From Candidatus Poribacteria bacterium (GTDB taxonomy: Bacteria > Poribacteria > WGA-4E > WGA-3G): a stretch of 64,000 nt of DNA. The DNA lies in assembly GCA_965205015.1 (NCBI GenBank), contig OZ242029.1:3360001-3424000 (forward strand), written 5' to 3'. The position numbers and the translations under genes were made by a program. The notes under the pieces are model-generated. The model worked only from the letters and a program-made list of their open reading frames with translations. It did not search any database and was not told where the DNA came from. Below are positions 50,702 through 60,145 of this stretch, piece after piece; position 1 is the stretch's first letter, and each line of letters starts with the position of its first letter.

Positions 50702-52237
50702 TTAAGCAGTTTTAAGTGCTTCGGATTTCCTGTAAGCAAGTTGTGGCGGTTCATTCTTACGCACGGTATCTTCGCTGACATGGCACGCTTCAACATCATC
50801 AAGCGAAGGGAGACGATATAGCGTATCAAGCATAATTCTTTCAAAGACAGCCCTTAACCCACGGGCTCCAGTTTCACGTTCAATTACCTCATCTGCGATG
50901 GCGGTTAGCGCCTCATCCGTCACATGGAATTCTACCCCTTCATAAGCCAAAAGATACTGGTATTGCCGCACCAAAGCGTTCTTAGGTTCAGTGAGAATGC
51001 GCACGAGAGCTGGGGCATCCAATTCATGCAGGGTTGTGACAACCGGCAGTCGCCCAATCAATTCTGGTATAAAACCGTATTTAATGAGATCCTTGGGTGT
51101 TGCCTGTGCAAGGATTTCATGAATTTTTGTTTCGTTCTTAGGTTGGATAGGCGAACCAAAGCCAATGCTCTGTTTCCCAAGTCTATCCTTAATTCCCTTT
51201 TCCAACCCGATGAAGGTCCCACCACAAATGAACAACACCTTTTTGGTGTTGACCTCAATCATCTCTTGATGTGGGTGCTTCCTGCCGCCGCGCGGTGGAA
51301 CATTCGCCGTTGTGCCTTCAAGGATCTTAAGCAATGCCTGTTGAACACCTTCACCGGAGACATCACGGGTAATTGATGGATTTTCAGATTTTCGTGTGAT
51401 CTTATCAATTTCATCAATATAAATGATACCGGTTTCCGCACGCGCGACATCACCATCTGCGGCTTGAACCAACTTCAAGATGATATTTTCGACGTCTTCA
51501 CCGACGTACCCTGCTTCTGTCAAGGTCGTTGCATCGGTAATAGCAAAGGGCACGTCTAACACCTTAGCAAGGGTTTGCGCGAGGAGCGTTTTTCCCGTGC
51601 CTGTTGGACCAATGAGTAAGATATTGCTCTTGTCTAATTCAACCTCATCAGTTGTGTTGCCATGATGTAAACGCTTATAATGTGTGTAAACGGCAACAGA
51701 TAACGTCTTTTTCGCATTTTCCTGACCAACTACGTATTCATCAAGTTTTGCTTTAATTTCTTTGGGGGAAGGTGGTACTGCGAATGTGTCTTGTTCATTT
51801 TCGCTTCGAGGGTGTGTTGTGTTCGCAAAGTCGTTTTCCATTTGTTCGTGGGAACTACTTCCACGTGCCCGTGAAGATCTACGCTGGGGACCCGCGCCAG
51901 ATCTTTCCTTTTCGCTTGAACTACCGCTTTTAAAGTCCTCTATAGAAAGGTCAAGACTACCATCTGGCTCACGAGTGAGAATGTCATTACAAACAACGAT
52001 ACATTCGGCAAGACATTTCTCACAGATATGCGCGTCAAGTCCATTAAAGAGTCTTTCGACTTCGGTGTTATCGTGCCGACAAAATGAACAGACAGCACTC
52101 TCTACAGTGGACGCTGACAATCGGACAATACATTCAACACAAATATTTGCTTCTCTGCCCTGAAGGAGTCGGCGGACTTGCGTACTGTCCTGTTGACAGA
52201 AGGAACAGAACAGATCACGATGGATGGATTCGGACAT
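50702..52237 (-). CDS. clpX: ClpX ATPase with tandem zinc-binding domains
   Basis: CSFC..C..C twice; [21 protein letters not shown] loop; AGGAG RBS before ATG 52237. Confidence 0.94.
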   Translation of the reverse strand: MSESIHRDLFCSFCQQDSTQVRRLLQGREANICVECIVRLSASTVESAVCSFCRHDNTEVERLFNGLDAHICEKCLAECIVVCNDILTREPDGSLDLSIEDFKSGSSSEKERSGAGPQRRSSRARGSSSHEQMENDFANTTHPRSENEQDTFAVPPSPKEIKAKLDEYVVGQENAKKTLSVAVYTHYKRLHHGNTTDEVELDKSNILLIGPTGTGKTLLAQTLAKVLDVPFAITDATTLTEAGYVGEDVENIILKLVQAADGDVARAETGIIYIDEIDKITRKSENPSITRDVSGEGVQQALLKILEGTTANVPPRGGRKHPHQEMIEVNTKKVLFICGGTFIGLEKGIKDRLGKQSIGFGSPIQPKNETKIHEILAQATPKDLIKYGFIPELIGRLPVVTTLHELDAPALVRILTEPKNALVRQYQYLLAYEGVEFHVTDEALTAIADEVIERETGARGLRAVFERIMLDTLYRLPSLDDVEACHVSEDTVRKNEPPQLAYRKSEALKTA

Positions 52238-52354
52238 AGAAGTTCTCTCCTTTTTTAATGGCTGTCGGCTATCGGGTCGGTTTTTTCTTCCGAAAAAACC
52301 TTTCAGCAATCGGTAAAGAGGTTTTCGTTTAAGGAGCCCTGTTGCCGACTGCTA

Positions 52355-52954
52355 TTATGGCTGTGTGGCACGTTGGGAGACGACTTGATCAACGAGGCCG
52401 TATTCAAGCGCCTGTTCCGCAGTCAGGTAATAGTCCCGGTCGGCATCAGTCGCGATCTTCTCAACATCTTGGCCCGTATGCGCTGCTAAAATAGAGTAAA
52501 GTCGGTCCCTTTCCTGCAGAATCTCTTTTGCATGGATGCTAATATCAGAGGCTTGACCGCCAATGCCACTCGCCATCGGTTGGTGAATGAGTGCTTTGGC
52601 ATGTGGTAGCGCGTAGCGCTTTCCAGGGGCTCCAGCGGCGAGAAGGATAGCGCCCATACTATAAGCTCTCCCTAAACACCAGGTCTGCACATCCGCTTTG
52701 ATGTATTGCATCGTGTCGTATATTGCCAAACCGGCGGAAACGGAACCACCGGGTGTGTTAATATAGAGCACTATATCTGCATCCGGGTCCTTCCCCTCAA
52801 GGAAAAGCATCTGTGCCGTTACAATATTGGCGATGATATCATCATCGATCGGTGTGCCGATCATGATAATTCGATCTTCAAGTAGACGAGAATAGATATC
52901 GTATGAGCGTTCGCCTCGGCTGGTTTGTTCAACGACGATAGGTACAAGGTTCAT
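52355..52954 (-). CDS. clpP: Clp protease proteolytic subunit
   Basis: [22 protein letters not shown]. Confidence 0.96.
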   Translation of the reverse strand: MNLVPIVVEQTSRGERSYDIYSRLLEDRIIMIGTPIDDDIIANIVTAQMLFLEGKDPDADIVLYINTPGGSVSAGLAIYDTMQYIKADVQTWCLGRAYSMGAILLAAGAPGKRYALPHAKALIHQPMASGIGGQASDISIHAKEILQERDRLYSILAAHTGQDVEKIATDADRDYYLTAEQALEYGLVDQVVSQRATQP

Positions 52955-52961
52955 AGTTTTT

Positions 52962-53070
52962 TAGTTATCAGTTATCGGTTAACAGTTATCAGTTAACTGC
53001 TGGTGGCAGTTACGGTTTCCATATCCATCAATCACTTTAACTGACAACTAACGCCTGACGACCGACAACC
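52962..53070. repeat. Heptamer-tandem inverted repeat element
   Basis: agttatc x3 ... ctgacaa/ctgacga/ccgacaa. Confidence 0.75.
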
Positions 53071-53075
53071 ATTCT

Positions 53076-54380
53076 TCAGGTAATTATGAGCGACTGCTTG
53101 GCGGATGCCCGGTTAATCAGGAACTGATAAATTTTCTCGTGTTGTAATTGTCCTCGAAAATCCTCTAATCGGTTGCTTGACTTTAGCAGAGAAGCATATT
53201 TTTGTGCGTCTCGATTTTGTTGTTCTGCAGCGCGTCGAATCTCGGATTCTAATTCGTCATCGGATACAGAAATGCCTTCCTTCTCAGCAATTGTCTCGAA
53301 AATCCATGACTGTTTTGTTTGTTGAATAACGTCTCGACGTAACTCGTCGGGCAGGGTATCCATGTTAATCCCAGCATCTTCAGGACTTCTCTGCTCATTT
53401 GCCAGTTGTTGTTTGACGTTCTGAAGCGTTTGTTGTACATATTGATCGACTAACGGTTCTGGGATGGTAATCTCGATTTTTTCGATGAGTTGCTCCAGCA
53501 ATTCTACCTTCTGCTTATCAACATGTAGACTTGTTTCTTCCTCAACAAGATTATTCCATATCAACCCATAAAGGTGGGTGTAGCTTTCATAGCCAAGGTC
53601 TTTGGCAAACTCGTCATCTAAGGGTGGAAGTTGTTTTTGCGTAATAGCGTGCAGCGTTATTTCGTATTGCGCGGATTTGCCTGCGAGTTCAACGACGCTA
53701 TGATCTGGTGGAAATTCGATATCCACGTTATTTGTATTCCCGATCTCCATTCCGATTAACGCCTGCTCAAGTTTTTCGTGTATAGCCCCAACGCCGAGTT
53801 CTATATCGACATCTTGCCGCGATTCAGCATCAATTCGATTTTCGTCGAGTAAGCATTCCCAATCTATCCGAACACAGTCATTTTCTTGGACTGGACGTTC
53901 AACGTCAAGCGGTTCATAAGTTGCAGATTGTGCTTGCAATCGCGTGATATAGGCATCAACATCTTCCCGGGGCACGTTAACAGGATTTTTATCGGTTACG
54001 AGTTCATCATAACTCGGGAGGCTGATAGTGGGTCGGATATCTACAGTGGCTGAGAACGTGAAAGGTTCATTTTCTTTGATTTGTAGTTCATTAAGTGGCG
54101 GTGTGAAGGTGGGTTGCGTCAGAGGATTGAGTCGCTCGTTATAGATTGCATCTTCGTAGGCGGGAGCGACAAGATACCGAACGGCTTCACTGTTGACGTA
54201 CTCAGGAAATCGTGATTTGAGGATTGCTATCGGGACACGCCCTCTCCGGAACCCCGGAATAGAGACTTGGGTCCGTAACGACTCACAAGTTTCCGCCAAT
54301 GCTGTGTTGACATCTTCAGCAGGAATTTCTATGTCCAAACGGACTCTCGTGGGGTCTAACCTTTCAATTTGAACTTTCAA
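53076..54380 (-). CDS. tig: Trigger factor (TTG start)
   Basis: IPGFRRGRVP signature, LDDEFAK; upstream of clpP-clpX-lon. Confidence 0.92.
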   Translation of the reverse strand: MKVQIERLDPTRVRLDIEIPAEDVNTALAETCESLRTQVSIPGFRRGRVPIAILKSRFPEYVNSEAVRYLVAPAYEDAIYNERLNPLTQPTFTPPLNELQIKENEPFTFSATVDIRPTISLPSYDELVTDKNPVNVPREDVDAYITRLQAQSATYEPLDVERPVQENDCVRIDWECLLDENRIDAESRQDVDIELGVGAIHEKLEQALIGMEIGNTNNVDIEFPPDHSVVELAGKSAQYEITLHAITQKQLPPLDDEFAKDLGYESYTHLYGLIWNNLVEEETSLHVDKQKVELLEQLIEKIEITIPEPLVDQYVQQTLQNVKQQLANEQRSPEDAGINMDTLPDELRRDVIQQTKQSWIFETIAEKEGISVSDDELESEIRRAAEQQNRDAQKYASLLKSSNRLEDFRGQLQHEKIYQFLINRASAKQSLIIT

Positions 54381-54468
54381 TTTTTTAATTGTTCCTTGCG
54401 GTTCGATTGGAGGCAAAACGGAATTTGACGTTCTTTTTGATAGTGCTGAAGAAACACCCAAGCAAAAC
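54381..54468 (-). repeat. Dispersed 'CCGCAAGG' element, copy G (abuts tig start), carrying the 17-bp GAAACACCCAAGCAAAA motif
   Basis: CGAACCGCAAGGAACAATTAAAAAA-TTG. Confidence 0.7.
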
Positions 54469-54479
54469 TTTTACGATGA

Positions 54480-54564
54480 TGGGCGAGGAGGGACTTGAAC
54501 CCTCACGAGGCGTAACCCCAATAGATCCTAAGTCTATCCTGTCTACCAATTCCAGCACCCGCCC
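54480..54564 (-). tRNA. tRNA-Leu(TAG)
   Basis: Cloverleaf with long variable arm, anticodon loop CT-TAG-GA, GTTCAAGTCC. Confidence 0.93.
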
Positions 54565-54588
54565 GAACGTGCTTTAAGGCACTCAAGA

Positions 54589-54661
54589 TGCGCCGTGAAG
54601 GAATCGAACCTTCAACCGCCTGATTAAGAGTCAGATGCTCTGCCAATTGAGCTAACGGCGC
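54589..54661 (-). tRNA. tRNA-Lys(CTT)
   Basis: Anticodon loop CT-CTT-AA, GGTTCGATTCC. Confidence 0.95.
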
Positions 54662-54769
54662 GCCTGTTCCCACTGCGAAGCATTTCTTTCTGACCGTAGA
54701 CGCTCTAAGGACCACTCGCTAATTGTTAGGTGCACTTTCAAAGCGCACACCCGGCACCCAAAAAATATC

Positions 54770-54842
54770 CGCGTCCGGAGGGATTCGAACCCCCAACTTA
54801 TAGTTCCGAAGACTATTGCTCTATCCATTGAACTACGGACGC
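54770..54842 (-). tRNA. tRNA-Arg(TCG)
   Basis: Anticodon loop CT-TCG-GA, GGTTCGAATCC. Confidence 0.93.
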
Positions 54843-54850
54843 ATATTAAA

Positions 54851-54923
54851 GGTGGATGATGGGATTTGAACCCACGCCCACTTGATCCACAGTCAAGTGC
54901 TCTACCCCTGAGCTACATCCACC
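54851..54923 (-). tRNA. tRNA-His(GTG)
   Basis: Anticodon loop CT-GTG-GA, encoded G-1. Confidence 0.93.
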
Positions 54924-54956
54924 ATGCTTCGATTTTTCATCGAGCTGTCTGAAAAG

Positions 54957-55030
<74 letters not shown>

Positions 55031-55058
55031 TCGTGCTATGAATTTTGATCGTTTCTGA

Positions 55059-55134
<76 letters not shown>

Positions 55135-55239
55135 AGATTCCTTATAATACAAACTTGCCAACAACAAAAATGCTGTTAGCAACTACGAGGGCAATATATG
55201 CTTAAAATCACGCCGATATTTCTTATCGGTATTGTTTAA

Positions 55240-55268
55240 ATTATACAACATCCTCTCGCGTTTGTCAA
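55240..55268 (-). promoter_or_regulatory. Consensus sigma70 promoter of the tRNA(-tig) operon
   Basis: TTGACA-N17-TATAAT. Confidence 0.8.
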
Positions 55269-55557
55269 ATTATAATGAAAAATTCTTGTCTTTTTGCCAA
55301 CCCATTTTGCCTTGATAGACACCTCTCGCTGAAGCACGGAGTTTTATCAGGTAAATTTAGAGAGGCGTGTAGCATTTCGCTTTACCAATCCGAAAATGAA
55401 TCCAATTTCCAGAAGTTGAATCATTATGTAACCGAAAATAACCGATTAAAAATCTTTTTACATGAAACTTGTATAAACCTATTTACGATAATTATGTCAA
55501 ACATTCTCAATAAACACTTTTATGACAACAAACACCCAAGAAAGTTCAGGAGGAACC

Positions 55558-56859
55558 ATGCGCTTAATTGAAGGGATATCCATTGGAATCTCCGCAATTC
55601 GTTCAAATAAAATGCGCTCGCTGCTGACGATGCTTGGTATTATCATCGGTATCGCGGCCGTGCTGGCAATGATCGCTATCGGGGATGGGGCTAAGCAAAT
55701 TGTGATAGAAGATGCAAAAAAAATGGGAGGGGCAACCCGAATCACACTCTACCAGACCTCCTACAAACGAGAAAATAACAGATGGGTGCGTATTCGTAGC
55801 AACGAATACATGGAATATGAAGATGTATTGGCGATTGAGGCAGAATGCCCATCTGTGAGTGCTGTCACACCGAGAATTGCGGATTGGAGGGGGGTTCTGT
55901 TTCAGGGTCCGGGCGGCACGGAAGCCCGCGCTGGTTATAACGGCGTAAATGCTACCTATACAACCGCAATGGATTGGGATATTAAGGCGGGACGCTTCAT
56001 TACAGACGAAGATGTCCAAAACGCAACAAAAATCTGTGTGCTCGGAGACGAATTAGCAACCGAGTTATTCGGCAATGCATCCCCTTTAGGACAAGAAATC
56101 AAAATTGCCAGAGATGTCCGATATTACGATCCGTGGGGCAGAAGACGGCGAGACAGATTGACCGAACGTTTCACGGTTGTGGGTACACTCATGCCGAGAG
56201 GTACGAGTTTCCAGTTTGGGTGGACTTACGATAACATCGCCTTTATCCCTGTGTCAACCGTCCAAGAACGTTTCACCGGCGACGACCAGGTTCGGAATAT
56301 TATGGTCTTCGCGAATAACGTTGACGATGTTCCCAAAGCGATCGAAGAGGTGAAGACAGTCATCAGAAAACGGCACAGAAACCAAGATGAATTCGTCAGA
56401 ATCTTTGAAATGCGTGCGGGTATGGCACAATTACAGAAAATCAGTAAGATGATCAAGATCGCATTGGGGAGTATCGCAGGCTTCTCACTGCTCGTCGGCG
56501 GTATCGGCATTATGAATATGATGTTAGTCGCTGTCACGGAGCGAACCCGTGAAATTGGGCTTCGAAAGGCACTCGGTGCCAAATCCTTAGATATCTTGGC
56601 TCAATTTCTCATAGAGGCAGTGATCATGTGTGCTGTCGCTGGGGCAATCGGTATCGGTTTGGGTATCTTTGCTGGTGAAGGTATGGCAATGCTTGCTGTT
56701 AAAATCGCCAAAATTGTTCCCGAATGGCCCTCGGTTGTTTCTATGCAGTGGGTCATGATTTCTGTATCATTCTCCGCGGCAATTGGTATATTTTTTGGCA
56801 TGTATCCTGCAATCAAAGCTTCCAGCCTTCCACCGGTTGAAGCATTACGCAAAGAATAA
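55558..56859 (+). CDS. MacB/FtsX-family ABC permease
   Basis: RSLLTMLGIIIG, GGIGIMNMMLVAVTERTREIGLRKALGA. Confidence 0.92.
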   Translation: MRLIEGISIGISAIRSNKMRSLLTMLGIIIGIAAVLAMIAIGDGAKQIVIEDAKKMGGATRITLYQTSYKRENNRWVRIRSNEYMEYEDVLAIEAECPSVSAVTPRIADWRGVLFQGPGGTEARAGYNGVNATYTTAMDWDIKAGRFITDEDVQNATKICVLGDELATELFGNASPLGQEIKIARDVRYYDPWGRRRRDRLTERFTVVGTLMPRGTSFQFGWTYDNIAFIPVSTVQERFTGDDQVRNIMVFANNVDDVPKAIEEVKTVIRKRHRNQDEFVRIFEMRAGMAQLQKISKMIKIALGSIAGFSLLVGGIGIMNMMLVAVTERTREIGLRKALGAKSLDILAQFLIEAVIMCAVAGAIGIGLGIFAGEGMAMLAVKIAKIVPEWPSVVSMQWVMISVSFSAAIGIFFGMYPAIKASSLPPVEALRKE

Positions 56860-56861
56860 AG

Positions 56862-57115
56862 TAATATGCGGGCAGGCACAAGACCTGCCTCTACAATAAT
56901 ATGCGGGCAGGCACAAGACCTGCCCCTACAATAATATGCGGGCAGGCACAAGACCTGCCCCTACAATATGCGGGCAGGCACAAGACCTAGGGAAACACCC
57001 AAGCAAAAACCCCCTACAATGTCTTTTTGCTTTGATGAAGATTAATTTTTTAATTCGGTAATATGCGGGCAGGCACAAGACCTGGGGAAACACCCAAGCA
57101 AAAATCCCCTACAAT
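56862..57115. repeat. Tandem array of five 35-bp GTAG-type REP units; copies 4 and 5 carry a GAAACACCCAAGCAAAA insert
   Basis: (TAATATGCGGGCAGGCACAAGACCTGCCYCTACAA)n; reverse strand reads GTAGGGGCAGGTCTTGTGCCTGCCC. Confidence 0.88.
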
Positions 57116-57235
57116 GTCTTTTTTGGGATAGGATTACCGAAATATTTATTTAAACTTCATGGAAGTGCGCCTTTCCTCATTAAAATTTTCAATCCCTATT
57201 TCCCAACCAACAAACAATAAACCTATTTGACTTAA

Positions 57236-57264
57236 TTGCGTCTAAATTCTATAGGTGCTATAAT
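57236..57264 (+). promoter_or_regulatory. Putative promoter for 57376
   Basis: TTGCGT-N17-TATAAT with extended TG. Confidence 0.55.
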
Positions 57265-57375
57265 TTGGCAATCACTTGGATAAAAAAGAAATTGCTACGA
57301 AAAAATCGAACTTTATTCCCCCTTTTTTGTCTAACGCATTAAGGTTAGGAATACTTTAGAATCTGGAGGCATGAA

Positions 57376-58680
57376 ATGCGTATAGTTGAAGGCGTATCGG
57401 TTGGCATTTCCGCGATTCGTAGCAATAAACTGCGTTCTTTGTTGACGATGCTTGGGATTATTATCGGTGTTGCCTCGGTGCTGGCGATGATAGCCATCGG
57501 TGATGGTGCAAAGGCGATTGTCCTGCAAGACGCCCAGAAACTCGGGGGTGTGAACCAATTTACGATGTACCGAAGTAGCCATAAACGAGTGCGTGGGCGG
57601 TGGATGCCAAATCGTAGTAATGAATATTTTGAGTATGAAGACGTATTGGCGATTGAGGCGGAATGTCCATCTGTAAAGTTAGTCGTTCCAAGAATTCCAG
57701 AATGGCGGGGTGTGCTTGTCCAAGCCGCCGGTGGCGCAGAACACCGGACGGGTTATAACGGTGTAAATGCATCCTTTTCGGAAGCAATGGATTGGGACAT
57801 CCAGCAGGGGCGTTTTATTACAAACGAAGATATTGATAATGAAGCGAAGGTCTGTGTGCTTGGTGCTGAAGTGACGGCAGCCTTATTCGGGAATACATCT
57901 CCTTTAGGAAAAGAGATTAAGATCGGCAAAGGTCCCGGGGGTCGTTTTGATCGGTATGGCAGAAAAGACCAGAAACGGATCACTGAACGTTTCACTGTCG
58001 TCGGCACAATGGAAACCAGAGGACGCAGCTTGCGGTTTGGCTGGAACTTGGATGACATGATATTCATCCCGCTCACGACAACGCAGGAACGCTTCACTGG
58101 CAACGATAGGATTGTGATGCTCTCAGTTCATGCGAATACTGTTGAAGAGGTCCCGCAAGCAATTGAAGAGGTGAAAACTGTTCTCCGAAAGATGCATAGC
58201 GGTCAAGACGATTTCTTCTCAATCTGGGATATGCGGGAAGGTATGGCGCAGTTGGATAAAATCAGCAAAGTCATAAAAATCGCATTGGGGAGTATTGCAG
58301 GATTTTCGCTACTTGTGGGTGGTATTGGGATTATGAATATGATGCTGGTCGCCGTCACCGAACGCACTCGCGAGATCGGTTTACGAAAAGCGATCGGTGC
58401 GAAACGTATGGACATTATGTTACAGTTTTTAATAGAAGCGGTTGCAATGTGTAGTGTAGGCGGTGCGTTGGGTGTTCTATTGGGAATTTTTGCTGGCGAA
58501 GGGATGGCGATGCTCGCTGTCAACATTGTCAAAATCGTTCCCGAATGGCCCTCGGTTATCTCTATGGAGTGGATATTAATTTCAGTCTCCTTTTCAGCGG
58601 TAATCGGTATCTCTTTTGGGCTCTATCCAGCAATAAAAGCCTCTGCACTCTCACCGATTGATGCACTCAGGGCTGATTAG
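57376..58680 (+). CDS. MacB/FtsX-family ABC permease (paralog of 55558)
   Basis: Same motifs, visibly near-identical long stretches. Confidence 0.92.
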   Translation: MRIVEGVSVGISAIRSNKLRSLLTMLGIIIGVASVLAMIAIGDGAKAIVLQDAQKLGGVNQFTMYRSSHKRVRGRWMPNRSNEYFEYEDVLAIEAECPSVKLVVPRIPEWRGVLVQAAGGAEHRTGYNGVNASFSEAMDWDIQQGRFITNEDIDNEAKVCVLGAEVTAALFGNTSPLGKEIKIGKGPGGRFDRYGRKDQKRITERFTVVGTMETRGRSLRFGWNLDDMIFIPLTTTQERFTGNDRIVMLSVHANTVEEVPQAIEEVKTVLRKMHSGQDDFFSIWDMREGMAQLDKISKVIKIALGSIAGFSLLVGGIGIMNMMLVAVTERTREIGLRKAIGAKRMDIMLQFLIEAVAMCSVGGALGVLLGIFAGEGMAMLAVNIVKIVPEWPSVISMEWILISVSFSAVIGISFGLYPAIKASALSPIDALRAD

Positions 58681-58692
58681 GAGGCAATCCAC

Positions 58693-60009
58693 ATGAATTT
58701 GATGGAATGTATTATACTCGGTATCTCGAACTTGCGGCGGAACCCCCTTCGATCCGCACTGACGATTTTAGGGATTATCGTTGGTGTAGGTTCCGTTGTC
58801 AGCATGGTATCTGTCGGCGACGGGTCGAGTGCCATGGTTTTGCGAGAAATTGAACGGACTGGTGGCACGAAAATGATCGAGATCTATAAAGATGCCTGGG
58901 ACAAACAGTCGGGGACCTTGAGCCGTGCGGCTGGATCGGCTGTGCGTGGGAAAAGCCGCTGGCAAAGGAATCGTGCCGAAGATTTGGAAACCGAAGACGC
59001 GTTTGCAATCCTTGAGAGAGCCAGAGGAATTGTCAATGTCGTTGCCGAAGATGACATGCCCGGGTGGAGTGTGAGTTACAAGGGGCGGACGAAGGAATCG
59101 CGTATCGTTGCTTCAACCGCTGGATATGATCGGTCGCACAATTGGTACCCATCAGACGGTCGGTTTTTTACAGTCGAAGAAGTGGAAGCTGCCAGTAGTG
59201 TTGCAGTTATCGGTTCCAAAATCAAGGAAGAGGTTTTTCTTGACGAAGATCCCGTCGGCAAAGAGATTAAAGCCTCGCGTCCGTCTTACTGGCGGGGCAA
59301 AAGAGGGCTTTATGAGGTCCGTCTAAAGGTGATTGGTGTTATGGAAGAAAAAGGCGATGCGATGGACACCTCCGGCTGGGATGACCGATTCGTTATCCCG
59401 ATAACAACGCTACAACAACGCTTTAAGGGCAGAGACGACGTTGAACGCCTTCGCGTAGAAGCAGTAGACGTGGAGACGATTCCACTGGCTATAGCCGATG
59501 CCAAACGGATCTTAGGAAGACAACACAATAACACGGGTGAAGAATATAACTATTGGACGGCTACGGAGGAGTTGGCAACTGCCAGGAAAGTCGGGTTAGT
59601 CATGAAAGCGCTGATGGGCGGTATCGCTGGCATCGCGCTTATGGTGGCGGGGATCGGCGTAATGAACATCATGCTTGTCTCTGTAACCGACCGAACGAAG
59701 GAAATCGGACTCCGAAAGGCGCTCGGCGCAACCCGTAACGATATTCTGGCGCAATTTCTGGTTGAGGCAGCTGTGCTGACCCTCTCCGGCGGAATTATCG
59801 GCGCAATTGCGGGCGTGTTCATGGGACAAGGAACAGCCGCTCTTATTTCCAGGTTCGTTTGGGAAGGAAGCAATTGGCCCTCAGTGATTTCATTCGGAAC
59901 GATGGTGATCGCATTACTCGTTTCTGTAGCTATTGGTGTTTTCTTCGGGTTGTATCCTGCCAATAAGGCAGCCAAACTTACACCCGTTGAAGCCCTCCGT
60001 TCCGATTAG
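58693..60009 (+). CDS. MacB/FtsX-family ABC permease
   Basis: RSALTILGIIVG, MNIMLVSVTDRTKEIGLRKALGA. Confidence 0.92.
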   Translation: MNLMECIILGISNLRRNPLRSALTILGIIVGVGSVVSMVSVGDGSSAMVLREIERTGGTKMIEIYKDAWDKQSGTLSRAAGSAVRGKSRWQRNRAEDLETEDAFAILERARGIVNVVAEDDMPGWSVSYKGRTKESRIVASTAGYDRSHNWYPSDGRFFTVEEVEAASSVAVIGSKIKEEVFLDEDPVGKEIKASRPSYWRGKRGLYEVRLKVIGVMEEKGDAMDTSGWDDRFVIPITTLQQRFKGRDDVERLRVEAVDVETIPLAIADAKRILGRQHNNTGEEYNYWTATEELATARKVGLVMKALMGGIAGIALMVAGIGVMNIMLVSVTDRTKEIGLRKALGATRNDILAQFLVEAAVLTLSGGIIGAIAGVFMGQGTAALISRFVWEGSNWPSVISFGTMVIALLVSVAIGVFFGLYPANKAAKLTPVEALRSD

Positions 60010-60019
60010 GTTATTTCAT

Positions 60020-60126
60020 TAGTTATCAGTTATCAGTTATCAGTTATCGGTTGTCAGTCTACAAGAGGTCTTCGGATTACCAAAACCCTCTTTTAACTGA
60101 TAACTGACGGCTGACGGCTGACGACT
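60020..60126. repeat. Heptamer-tandem inverted repeat element
   Basis: agttatc x4 ... aagagg..cctctt ... ctgataa ctgacgg ctgacgg ctgacga. Confidence 0.85.
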
Positions 60127-60145
60127 CCTATAGGAGGAATTACCC

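Noticed and set aside
54381-54461. Long N-terminal extensions of tig (and of 38232 RraA, 52309 clpX, 46119 C25)
   Set aside because: The extensions lie in repeat elements or non-coding leader sequence; better starts lie downstream
54389-54715. ORFs 54389..54577 and 54503..54715
   Set aside because: Shadows of tRNA genes
56862-57115. 35-bp direct repeats as a CRISPR array
   Set aside because: Units are directly adjacent without unique spacers, read as GTAG-type REPs on the reverse strand, and no cas genes are nearby
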